Part shown: positions 1 through 8,226 of the stretch, one piece after another
Position numbering within the stretch: position 1 is the stretch's first letter
Layout of the letters: the number at the start of each line of letters is the position of its first letter
From: an uncultured candidatus Brocadiaceae bacterium
Lineage (GTDB): Bacteria > Planctomycetota > UBA1135 > UBA2386
NCBI GenBank assembly: GCA_964538915.1
Contig: CAZIFB010000023.1
Span: forward strand, 3,294-67,293
DNA length: 64,000 nucleotides
Reading direction: 5' to 3'
The notes under the pieces: model-generated
What the model was told of the DNA's origin: nothing
Databases searched by the model: none
What the model saw: the letters and a program-made list of their open reading frames with translations, nothing else
Position numbers and translations under genes: made by a program

Positions 1-3000
1 TCGCGAGCGCGACCACCGCATAGCCGACGGCGGCGAGTGCGCCCGTCGCGACCGACCAGTCTTCCTGTGGCCACCAGTGGCGCATCGCGGCGTAGACGAC
101 GCAGGTGTGCGCGAGGTAGTGCGTGAACGACATGCGCCCGACGTTCGCCACCGGACGAAGCCGGCGCGGCAGTGCGCGTTCCCGCAGCCACCACACGAGG
201 GCCGCCGTCACGGCGATCGCCGCGCCGAAGCGCTGTGCCACGAACGCCAGCGAAGTCGGCTGCCACGTCGGGAGCAGCAGCGGGTCGGGATCGCCCCCAT
301 CGATCGCCGCGACCGCCGGGACGAGGTGCCCGGCGACCACGAGCAGCAGCGCGAGAACGCACCAGCGCGAGAGCCGCGCAGCATCGCGCGAACGCGCCAG
401 TACGGCGCCGATCAGAGGCAGGCACAGCCACGGCAGCAGCGGGTACGCGCCGTCGAGCACGAACCAGCGCAGCGTCGCGAGGCCGAACGAGTGGTTCGCG
501 ACGTGGGTCCCGTCGTCGAGGAGGTCGCTCGCGACGACCTCGCCGAACACGACCCCGACGAACGGCACGACCGACATGCCGACCGCGATCACGGCCGCGA
601 TCGCGAAGCGCCCGGCGCGCTGCAGCGCCACGGTGAGCGGCAGCATCAGGGCGAGCGGCACGAGCACGTCGTTCGGCCAGACGAACCACCAGAAAGGCGC
701 CCCGATCGCCGCCATCGCGAGCGCGCGGCGGCCGACCCAGGCCGCCGGCCGCGGCCGCATGGTCCATGCGACGCCCGCGAGGAGCAGGAACGTCGCTGCG
801 GGCACGCCCTCGAGCCACCCGAGGCTCTGGCGCACGAGCCAGGTGATCGCGACCGTGTCCGCTTCGGCCGGTTCGGGCACGAAGTGCAGCCACACCATAC
901 CGAGCACGGCGAGCCCGCGCACGACGTCGAACGCATCGACGCGCGATGGGGCATCGAGCGCCGCCGGCGCGCCTTCGTCCGCCAGCAGCGGCAGCGCGGC
1001 CTCGGCGACCTCGGCCGTCGGTGCGCCCGCGTAGCAGCGGCCCGGCAGCAGCGTCTCCCGCTTCATCACGACGCTGTGCGGCATCACGTGCGCCCCGTCG
1101 CCGACGTCCACGCCGTAGAGCAGGACCGCGCCCTTCCCGATCGTGCTGCCGCGCCCGATCCGCACCCGATCGATCTTGAGCACACGGTCCTCGAAGCTGT
1201 GCGCCTGGAAGAGCGCGTGCACCGTGGCGCCGTCTTCGATCGCGATCATGTCCGGATCGACGACCTGCGCGAACCCGTCGCCGAGCACACAGCCTCGGCC
1301 GATGCGCATCCCCATCAGCCGGAGGAACCACGGCAGCAGCAGCGTTCCCTCGAGGGCCTGCAGCAGCGTGCGACCGCAGCGCTGCCACAGCACGTAGTGG
1401 AAGTCCCATCGGCTGGCCCAGCACGACCACAGCCCGTGCTGGCCGGGGCGCACGCGGCCGAGCAGCAGCCACTTGGTCGCGACCACGACGGCGGCGAGCG
1501 CCGTGGTCACGACGAGCGTGGCGACGACCGAGGCCAGCCACCGGCCGGTGAAGCCGCCGCCCCCGGCGACACGATCCGCGATCGCGAACCACGCGAGGCC
1601 GGCCGCGGCGAGCAGACCGGGCAGAACGAAGCGCAGCGCTTCCCAGAAGACGCGGTTCGCGTAGCGGATCGGGCCCGGCTCGTGCGTGAGGCGGCGATCG
1701 ACCTCCACCACCTCGCGGCGCGGCAGAAGGAACGGCGGCTGGCCGAACCAGCCCGTTCCGGCCCGCATGCGTGCGTCGTCCGCGACGGTACTGATGCCGA
1801 GCAGCAGGTCGTCCGGCAGCCGTTGGCCCGTGGGCACGACGACGTGGTTGCCGACGAAGGTGCGATCGCCGAGTCCCGTCGTCGCAACCGCGACCGCGCC
1901 TCGGTGCACGTACGGGACGCCGAGGTAGACGCCGTCCGCGAGGAACGAGCCGCCGCCGATCGACGTGTGTTCGGGCAGGACGTCGAGAATCGTGCTGACC
2001 TCGACGTCGTCGCCGACGCGCATGCCCGCGAGCCGGAGCCACCGCGGCCAGAACAGCGTGCCCGAGAGCCACGTCCCCGCGCGCTCGAGCCACGCCGTGC
2101 GCACCGAAGCCCACGCGTGGCGCGCCGACCAGAGTCCGTGGGTTCCGGTGGGGATCTTCGGCGACCAGCGCAGGAGGAGCGCGGTCTGCAGGAGACCCGC
2201 AGGTACCGCGACGATCGCCACCACGACGACCAGCAGCGCGGCGTCGGGCTGTGTCCACGGGCCCGCGCCGCGCAGCCATGCGGCGATCGTGCCGCCGTCG
2301 AGCCCGCACCACGACGCGCCCCACCACGCCAGCAGCGCCATCGGCATCCAGGTCACCGGGCCGAGCACGGCGCGTGCCCCGAGCAGCAGCAACGAATGGC
2401 GCCTCGATGTCGCGGCGGACGGACCGGCCTGCGGCAATCCGCCAGGCGACGCGTTCGGCGCGGCCGGCACGCCACTCCACGCGGCACGGTCGGGCACGCG
2501 TGTTCCCGCCGGAGCGAACGACAGCGGTGCGAGCATCGCCCCGTCGCCGACGACGACGTCGGGCCCGGTGCCCGCGCGCGTGGCCAGTGTCGCGCCAGCG
2601 CCGATGCGCACGGGACCGATCACGAGTTCGCCCGCGTCCAGCTCGCACAGGCCGAGATCGACTTCGCGGCAGAGCGTCGCGTCGTCGCCGATCTCGAGCA
2701 GATCCCAGCCGCCGCCCGAGAGGTCGACGCCGCGGTGCACGTGGACACGCCTGCCGATGCGCGCGCCGAGCGAACGCAGCAGCACTCCGTACATCTCCGT
2801 GCCGGCGCAGAACGACCACGGCAGCGCCCGCGCCATCGTCGCGACGACCCAGTGACGCAGACGGAGCCCGCTCCAGGCGGACACGCGGCCCGGAACGTAG
2901 CGCCCGATCAGCAGCTCCTTCGCGGCAACGACGAGCCACCACAGGGCGAGCGACGCGAGGCCCGCGGTTGCGAGCGCGAGCCACGGTGCAGCGAGCAGGA

Positions 3001-4945
3001 AGGCGCCGAGCGGAAGCGAATCGAGCAGCCACGGCAACAGGTCGAACGCCACGAGGCCCACGGCGGTCGATCCGAGCCCGAGGAACCCGATGAGGAACAG
3101 CACCTGGCCCGCGGTGAACACCAGCAGCGATGCGCGCGAAGCCGGACCGGCGTCGCGACGGGCCGCTCCAGGCGTCGCCGCGGCGCTGCCCGGCACGCGC
3201 GCGCGAAGCACGAGGCCGGCGACGGTCGGTGCCTCGTAGAGATCGCGTACGGCGATCCGCGACATGCGTTCGTCGGCACGCAGCTGCGACACGAGCAGCG
3301 CCGCCCGGAGCGAGTTGCCCCCGAGTGCGAAGAAGTCGTCGCCGTCGCGGATCGCACTCGCGGGCACGGCGAGCACCTTCGCGAAGGCGGCGCGCACGCG
3401 GCCTGCGATCGAGTCGTCGGTGTGCACCGCGCCGATCGCCGCGATCCCGACGAACGGCAGCGAGCGACGGTCCACCTTGCCGCCGACGGTGCGCGGCACG
3501 CGCTCGAGCAGCGCGAGGCGCGTCGGCACCGCGATGGCCGGCAGTTCGGCGCGGACACGAGCCACCAGTTCGTCGAATCGCGGCGGCGCCGCCGGATCCG
3601 CCGGCACGACGTGCGCGACGAGATCGCGATCCGGCTCGTCGCCCTGGACGGTGCACACGACTTCGCGAACGCCGCCGACGCGCGCGAGCACCGCCTCGAC
3701 GGCTTCGAGTTCGATCCGATGGCCGCGCACCTTCACCTGCGCGTCGATGCGGCCGAGGTGGCGCAGTTCGCCGCGTTCGTCCTGCACGACCAGATCGCCG
3801 GTGCGGTAGACGCGACCGAGGCCGGGCAGGGTCGGAAAGCGCTCGGCAGTCAGAGCGTCGAGCCCGAGATAGCCGCGCGCGAGGCCTGGCCCTGCGATGC
3901 ACAGTTCGCCCGGCTCGCCGCGCGGCACGGGTCGGAGGTCCTCGCCGAGGACGTGCGCTGCGTGCGGCGGCACCGGCGTGCCGATCGTCACGGGTTCGCC
4001 CGCGCGAACGCGGCCGCGCACGACCGTGACCGAACACTCGGTCGGCCCGTAGCCGTTCTCGAGCCAGACGTCGCGACCCCACACCGCCGCGAGATCCGCC
4101 GGCAACGGTTCGCCGCCGACATACGCGAGGCGCAGGTCGGGCAACTCGTCGCGCGGCGAACGGCAGCCGAGCGCGCGGAGCAGTGTCGGCGGCGGACAGA
4201 GGATGGTGATCCGTTCGGCGCGCAACCACGGCAACAGATCGGGGCCGAGCCGTACGGTCTCGTCGTCCATCACGACGACCGTGGCGCCGCTCGCGAGCCC
4301 GAGCCAGATCTCCTCGACCGACGAGTCGTACGCGGGCGAACTGCCTTGCGCGATGCGATCACCCGGCCCCATTGCGAAGCGCGTCACGCCTTCGCGGATC
4401 AGGTTCACGACGCCGCGGTGCTCGATGCAGACGCCCTTCGGCCGACCGGTCGTGCCCGACGTATAGATGACGTAGGCGAGGCGGTTCGGGTCCGGACCCG
4501 GCAACGCCCGCGCATCCCGCCGCGGCACGTCGATGCCTGCGGGCACGAGGACGATCGGGACACCGAGCCCGGCGAAACGATCGGCGAACCCGGCCACCGT
4601 GACGATCGCAGCCGCCCCCGTGTCGCGCACGACGTGGTGCAGATGCGCGTCGGGGAACGACGGGTCGAGGCACACGTGCGCGCCGCCGGCGAGCAGCACC
4701 CCGAGCTGCGAAGCGACCAGCCACGGATCCTGCCGCGGCACGAGCACGACGATGCGCGACTCGTCGCCGACGCCGGGCCCGAGCTCGGCGGCGATCCACT
4801 CCGCCATGCGCTCGAGCTGCGCGAACGTCACCCTCAAGCGCTGGCGGCGGCCGTTCGCCGGGGGCACGTCGATGGCGACACGGTCCGCGTTCTTCGCGAC
4901 GCCGGCGACGAAGAGGTCCGTCAGCACGGCGCGTTCCTCGACCAC
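1..4945 (-). CDS. Pls/PosA-family NRPS-like homopoly(amino acid) synthetase: adenylation domain, PCP, TM-interleaved tandem C1/C2/C3 domains, plus extra C-terminal DUF418/YeiB-like membrane domain (3' end beyond window start)
   Basis: Absent from ORF track because there is no stop in the window. Hand translation of the minus frame (codon high coordinate = 1 mod 3) is open from GTG 4945 to base 1. A-domain motifs: LTDLFVAGVAKNADRVAI, YTSGTTGRPKGV (4430-4465), GYGPTE (4037-4054), YRTGD, GRIDAQVKVRGHRIELEAVE, PRTVGGKVDR. PCP motif FFALGGNSL (Ser codon 3311-3313). Then TM helices alternate with three related soluble repeats (LRSLGARIGRRVHV, LRLAGMRVGDDVEV, LRLMGMRIGRGCVL). The last ~320 aa read VDAFDVVRGLAVLGMVWLHF ... 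GRMSFTHYLAH. Confidence 0.85.
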   Translation of the reverse strand, partial: MVEERAVLTDLFVAGVAKNADRVAIDVPPANGRRQRLRVTFAQLERMAEWIAAELGPGVGDESRIVVLVPRQDPWLVASQLGVLLAGGAHVCLDPSFPDAHLHHVVRDTGAAAIVTVAGFADRFAGLGVPIVLVPAGIDVPRRDARALPGPDPNRLAYVIYTSGTTGRPKGVCIEHRGVVNLIREGVTRFAMGPGDRIAQGSSPAYDSSVEEIWLGLASGATVVVMDDETVRLGPDLLPWLRAERITILCPPPTLLRALGCRSPRDELPDLRLAYVGGEPLPADLAAVWGRDVWLENGYGPTECSVTVVRGRVRAGEPVTIGTPVPPHAAHVLGEDLRPVPRGEPGELCIAGPGLARGYLGLDALTAERFPTLPGLGRVYRTGDLVVQDERGELRHLGRIDAQVKVRGHRIELEAVEAVLARVGGVREVVCTVQGDEPDRDLVAHVVPADPAAPPRFDELVARVRAELPAIAVPTRLALLERVPRTVGGKVDRRSLPFVGIAAIGAVHTDDSIAGRVRAAFAKVLAVPASAIRDGDDFFALGGNSLRAALLVSQLRADERMSRIAVRDLYEAPTVAGLVLRARVPGSAAATPGAARRDAGPASRASLLVFTAGQVLFLIGFLGLGSTAVGLVAFDLLPWLLDSLPLGAFLLAAPWLALATAGLASLALWWLVVAAKELLIGRYVPGRVSAWSGLRLRHWVVATMARALPWSFCAGTEMYGVLLRSLGARIGRRVHVHRGVDLSGGGWDLLEIGDDATLCREVDLGLCELDAGELVIGPVRIGAGATLATRAGTGPDVVVGDGAMLAPLSFAPAGTRVPDRAAWSGVPAAPNASPGGLPQAGPSAATSRRHSLLLLGARAVLGPVTWMPMALLAWWGASWCGLDGGTIAAWLRGAGPWTQPDAALLVVVVAIVAVPAGLLQTALLLRWSPKIPTGTHGLWSARHAWASVRTAWLERAGTWLSGTLFWPRWLRLAGMRVGDDVEVSTILDVLPEHTSIGGGSFLADGVYLGVPYVHRGAVAVATTGLGDRTFVGNHVVVPTGQRLPDDLLLGISTVADDARMRAGTGWFGQPPFLLPRREVVEVDRRLTHEPGPIRYANRVFWEALRFVLPGLLAAAGLAWFAIADRVAGGGGFTGRWLASVVATLVVTTALAAVVVATKWLLLGRVRPGQHGLWSCWASRWDFHYVLWQRCGRTLLQALEGTLLLPWFLRLMGMRIGRGCVLGDGFAQVVDPDMIAIEDGATVHALFQAHSFEDRVLKIDRVRIGRGSTIGKGAVLLYGVDVGDGAHVMPHSVVMKRETLLPGRCYAGAPTAEVAEAALPLLADEGAPAALDAPSRVDAFDVVRGLAVLGMVWLHFVPEPAEADTVAITWLVRQSLGWLEGVPAATFLLLAGVAWTMRPRPAAWVGRRALAMAAIGAPFWWFVWPNDVLVPLALMLPLTVALQRAGRFAIAAVIAVGMSVVPFVGVVFGEVVASDLLDDGTHVANHSFGLATLRWFVLDGAYPLLPWLCLPLIGAVLARSRDAARLSRWCVLALLLVVAGHLVPAVAAIDGGDPDPLLLPTWQPTSLAFVAQRFGAAIAVTAALVWWLRERALPRRLRPVANVGRMSFTHYLAHTCVVYAAMRHWWPQEDWSVATGALAAVGYAVVALA

Positions 4946-4958
4946 GACCCGGCCGCGC

Positions 4959-5471
4959 TCAGTCCGCGTGCCCGTCGGCGGCGCGAAGCCACGGCGCCGC
5001 GCGGTCCGCGATCACGGCCCGCTGCGCGGTCGACAGGAACCGCCAGCCGCGGATCCAGCCGCGACACTCGGGCGCCCCGCACGAGCAGAAGAACGGCTCG
5101 GCCATCTCGTACTCGTTCGTTTCGTAGTCGAACGTGACGTCGTCGCCGACCGCGATGTCGCGCAACGCGACCAGTCTGCGCCCGCGCAGCAGCGCGTTCG
5201 GTCGGCACGAGTGGTTGAGGAAGCGCCAGGGATGGCGCCCGGAAGACCCGTCCGACTCGCCGATCCGACCGGCGGTCACGTGCTCGCCGGTGCCGATCTG
5301 CACCGAGTAGCGGTCGGGTCGATCGGCCACCTCGCCGTCCACGAACAGGATCTCGGTCCCCGCCGCGAACCCCGCCGCCGCGACCGTCGTGAGGCAGCCG
5401 TCGCGGCGTTCGACACGGACCCGGCGCTCGGTGACAGGGATGGGGTCGATGGCAGTGCGATGCGGCCGCAT
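4959..5471 (-). CDS. SET-domain protein-lysine N-methyltransferase-like protein (~170 aa)
   Basis: Track ORF 4959..5561 with start moved to Met31 (5471). SET core RFLNHSC (NHSC = 5205-5216), VTFDY, Cys-rich post-SET-like FFCSCGAPECRG. Stop at 4959 lies 13 nt upstream of GTG 4945 of the synthetase. Confidence 0.8.
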   Translation of the reverse strand: MRPHRTAIDPIPVTERRVRVERRDGCLTTVAAAGFAAGTEILFVDGEVADRPDRYSVQIGTGEHVTAGRIGESDGSSGRHPWRFLNHSCRPNALLRGRRLVALRDIAVGDDVTFDYETNEYEMAEPFFCSCGAPECRGWIRGWRFLSTAQRAVIADRAAPWLRAADGHAD

Positions 5472-5603
5472 GGAGGGCGTGCGAGGGGCGCGGGCAACGC
5501 GCAGCCGCCCGACGCCAACACCGCAAGGCCGAGATTCCCGACCGATGCGACACCGCGTCACCCGACACTGCTGTCCGGACCGAGCCGAACACCGGCTCCC
5601 CGT

Positions 5604-6821
5604 TCACCGCGGCGCGCCGACGAACGGCACGCCGTCGATGACAACGCCCGTGCAGTGCGTCGTGTACTCGAGCGGATCGCCGTCGAACATCGCGAGATCC
5701 GCGTCCTTGCCGGCCTCGAGCGAACCGATGCGCGCGTCGACGCCGAGCAGCTTCGCCGCGTCGATCGTGAGCGCGCGCAGCGCCGCGTCGGCGGGAAGGC
5801 CGTGCCCGACCGCGACGCCCGCTTCGAAGAGCACGACGCGCGTCTTCGGCACGTAACCTTCGAAGCCGCTCTGCAGTGCGAACGGCACCTTCGCCTCGAG
5901 CAGCAGGCGCGGCAGTTCCATCGTGCCGTTCTCCATCTCGCCGGTCGTGCGCGCCATGGCCGGATGCGGCAGCACGGGGACGTTCGCCGCCCGGATCTCC
6001 GGAAGCACGAGGTAGCTCTCCGCAGCGCCGTCGAGCACGACCCGGATCGAGAACTCCTGCGCGACGCGCAGCGCCGAGAGGATGTCGTTCGACCGGTGCG
6101 CGGTGACCAGCAACGGCACGTCACCGGCGAGCACCCTGGCCATCGCCTCGAGGCCGAGGTCGACCGGCGAGGCGGCGTCCTTCTCACGCTTGCCGGCGTA
6201 TTCGCGCGTCCGCTGCAGCAGTTCGCGCAGCATCGCGACGGACTTCGCGCGTGTGCCCGGCGACTTGCCCGCGCCGGCTCGGCCGGAGTCGCCGAGCGTG
6301 CAGGCGACCATCGCGAACGGCACGACGACATCCGTGTCGACCGTGCGGCCGCGCAGCTTGACCACGCACGTCTGGCCGGACACCAGGGCACCCGGCGCGT
6401 GGCCCGTGTGCGCGGTCGTCACCCCGAGGCCGCGCAGCCAGGCGACGAGTTCGTCGCGCGGATTGAACGCGTCGATCGCGCGAAGCTCGGGTTGTGTGGC
6501 GGCGGAGCGTTCGAGCTGGTCCTGGTCGTGCGGGATGTTCAGCAGGCCGCTGAGACCGACGGTCGAGTGCGCGTCGATCAGGCCCGGCATCACGACGGCG
6601 GCGCGGAGGACCTGCGCGCCCGATGGAACGTCGAGTTCGGCCGCCGGCACGACCCTCTCGATCTTGCCGTCCTTCACCAGCACCGCGCCGTCGGTGATCG
6701 GCGCCCCCGCCATCGTGATCACCTTGTCGCCGCGCACGACGACGACTCCCGTCGCCGCTTCGCCCTGAGGCACGGGCAGCGCCGACACGACCGTGAGTAC
6801 GAGGAGCGAGGAGAACATCAT
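5604..6821 (-). CDS. secreted metal-dependent amidohydrolase (prolidase-like/imidazolonepropionase-like subgroup)
   Basis: C-terminal 405 aa of track ORF 5604..8894. Start MMFSSLLVLTVVSALP (signal peptide) at 6821 overlaps the upstream stop (ATGA 6818-6821). Motifs PGLIDAHSTVG and GKDADLAMFDGDPLE. Confidence 0.85.
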   Translation of the reverse strand: MMFSSLLVLTVVSALPVPQGEAATGVVVVRGDKVITMAGAPITDGAVLVKDGKIERVVPAAELDVPSGAQVLRAAVVMPGLIDAHSTVGLSGLLNIPHDQDQLERSAATQPELRAIDAFNPRDELVAWLRGLGVTTAHTGHAPGALVSGQTCVVKLRGRTVDTDVVVPFAMVACTLGDSGRAGAGKSPGTRAKSVAMLRELLQRTREYAGKREKDAASPVDLGLEAMARVLAGDVPLLVTAHRSNDILSALRVAQEFSIRVVLDGAAESYLVLPEIRAANVPVLPHPAMARTTGEMENGTMELPRLLLEAKVPFALQSGFEGYVPKTRVVLFEAGVAVGHGLPADAALRALTIDAAKLLGVDARIGSLEAGKDADLAMFDGDPLEYTTHCTGVVIDGVPFVGAPR

Positions 6822-8131
6822 TGGCCTCCTTGCGCGGCGAAGCAGCACATCGACATCGCCTGCCCGTTGCTCGCGCCGTAGCCGCCCATCGCCATCAAGC
6901 GGTCCTTCGGATCCGCGAGGTCGAACACCTTCGTCCCTTCGACCCAGGTCTGCAGGACCTGCGTGTGCACCGACAGCGGATCGCCCGACAGCACGACGAA
7001 GTCCGCATCCTTGCCGACCGTGAGCGTGCCGATGCGGTCCTGCAGGTCGAGCATGCGCGCGTTGGCGATCGTCACCGACTCGAGCGCCTTCGCTCGATCC
7101 ATGCCCGCACGAACCGCGAGAGCCGCGGAACGGAGGAACAGCCGGCTGTCCGTGATGCCGTCGTCGGTGTGCAGACCCACGAGCACGCCGGCGCGATCGA
7201 GCACGGCCGCGGTCTCGAGCGACAGGTTCCTCGCTTCGAGCTTGCCGCCCGGAGAGTCGATCACGATGACCGAACACGGCACGCCGGCCGCCGCGATCTC
7301 GTTCGCGACGAGCGCGCCCTCGCTGACGTGGTGCAGTACGCAACGGAACCCGAACTCCTCGCGCAGGCGCAGCACGGTCAGGATGTCGTCCTGCCGGTGC
7401 GTGTGGTGGTGCACGACGCGCTTCCCTTCGAGCACCTCGACGAGCGCTTCGAGGCCGAGACTGCGCTCGGGCATCTTCTCGGGGTCGCCGTTCGCATCCG
7501 CGACCTTGCGCTGGTACTCCCGGGCGCGGAGGAACTGAGCCCGCACGAGCGCCGCGGCCTTGCCGCGGGTGCCGGCGAACGGCGGGTCGCGCTGCGGATT
7601 CGTGCCGTTCGCCATCTTGATCCCCCACGCGAGGCTGCCGTCGGCGTTCTTGATGGTGAGGTCGTCGACCGTGCGCCCGTCGCGCAGCTTGAGGTAGATC
7701 GTCTGGCCCGAGAGCAGGTGCCCGCTGCCGGGCATCACGTTCGCGGCGGTGATGCCGCCGGCCTGCGCCTTCTGGATGCCGGGATCTCGCGGATCGATGG
7801 AGTCGAGCGCGCGCACTTCGGGCTGGATCGGACCGCTTCCGTCGGCGCCCGCGACCGCACCGATGTGCGAGTGGCTGTCGACGAGCCCCGGCAGGATCGT
7901 CTTGCCCGTCGCATCGATCACGGTTGCGCCGTCGGGCACCGCGACGGCGTCGCGCGCGCCGATCGCTTCGATGCGGCCGCCGCGGACGAGCAGCGTGCCG
8001 TTCGTTATCGGCGGTCCGTCCACCGGGATCAGGGTCGCACCGACGAAGGCGTGCGGCGCGTCCTGGGCCGCGACCGCGACTGCGAGCAGGAGCGGCGACA
8101 ACGCCGCGCGAACGGAACGAGACCTGGTCAT
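6818..8131 (-). CDS. secreted metal-dependent amidohydrolase (paralogue of the downstream gene)
   Basis: Signal peptide MTRSRSVRAALSPLLLAVAVAAQD. Motifs PGLVDSHSHIG (HxH metal site), VHHHTHR, GLHTDDG, GKDADFVVLSGDPL. Confidence 0.9.
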   Translation of the reverse strand: MTRSRSVRAALSPLLLAVAVAAQDAPHAFVGATLIPVDGPPITNGTLLVRGGRIEAIGARDAVAVPDGATVIDATGKTILPGLVDSHSHIGAVAGADGSGPIQPEVRALDSIDPRDPGIQKAQAGGITAANVMPGSGHLLSGQTIYLKLRDGRTVDDLTIKNADGSLAWGIKMANGTNPQRDPPFAGTRGKAAALVRAQFLRAREYQRKVADANGDPEKMPERSLGLEALVEVLEGKRVVHHHTHRQDDILTVLRLREEFGFRCVLHHVSEGALVANEIAAAGVPCSVIVIDSPGGKLEARNLSLETAAVLDRAGVLVGLHTDDGITDSRLFLRSAALAVRAGMDRAKALESVTIANARMLDLQDRIGTLTVGKDADFVVLSGDPLSVHTQVLQTWVEGTKVFDLADPKDRLMAMGGYGASNGQAMSMCCFAAQGGQ

Positions 8132-8226
8132 GACGGTTGGTTACTCGCTGACTCCGCGAAAGGCCATCCACTCGGCGACAGAACCCGACGAACGTGGGCG
8201 CGGCGCACTCGAGCCCCCGGGCTTGG

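Noticed and set aside
3100-3300. Apparent frameshift between the PCP and the first TM helix of the Pls-like gene (possible pseudogene)
   Set aside because: It came from my own error when reverse-complementing by hand (a dropped CG). Checking codon phase by coordinates shows both parts in the same frame (codon high coordinate = 1 mod 3). The linker reads ...LYEAPTVAGLVLRARVPGSAAATPGAARRDAGPASRASLLVFTAGQ...
77-5137. 1686-aa plus-strand ORF, the longest in the track at the left end
   Set aside because: The translation is almost pure Arg/Asp/Glu/Pro/Ala low-complexity with no motif. It is antisense to a motif-rich NRPS-like gene and the SET gene. Typical high-GC antisense artefact.
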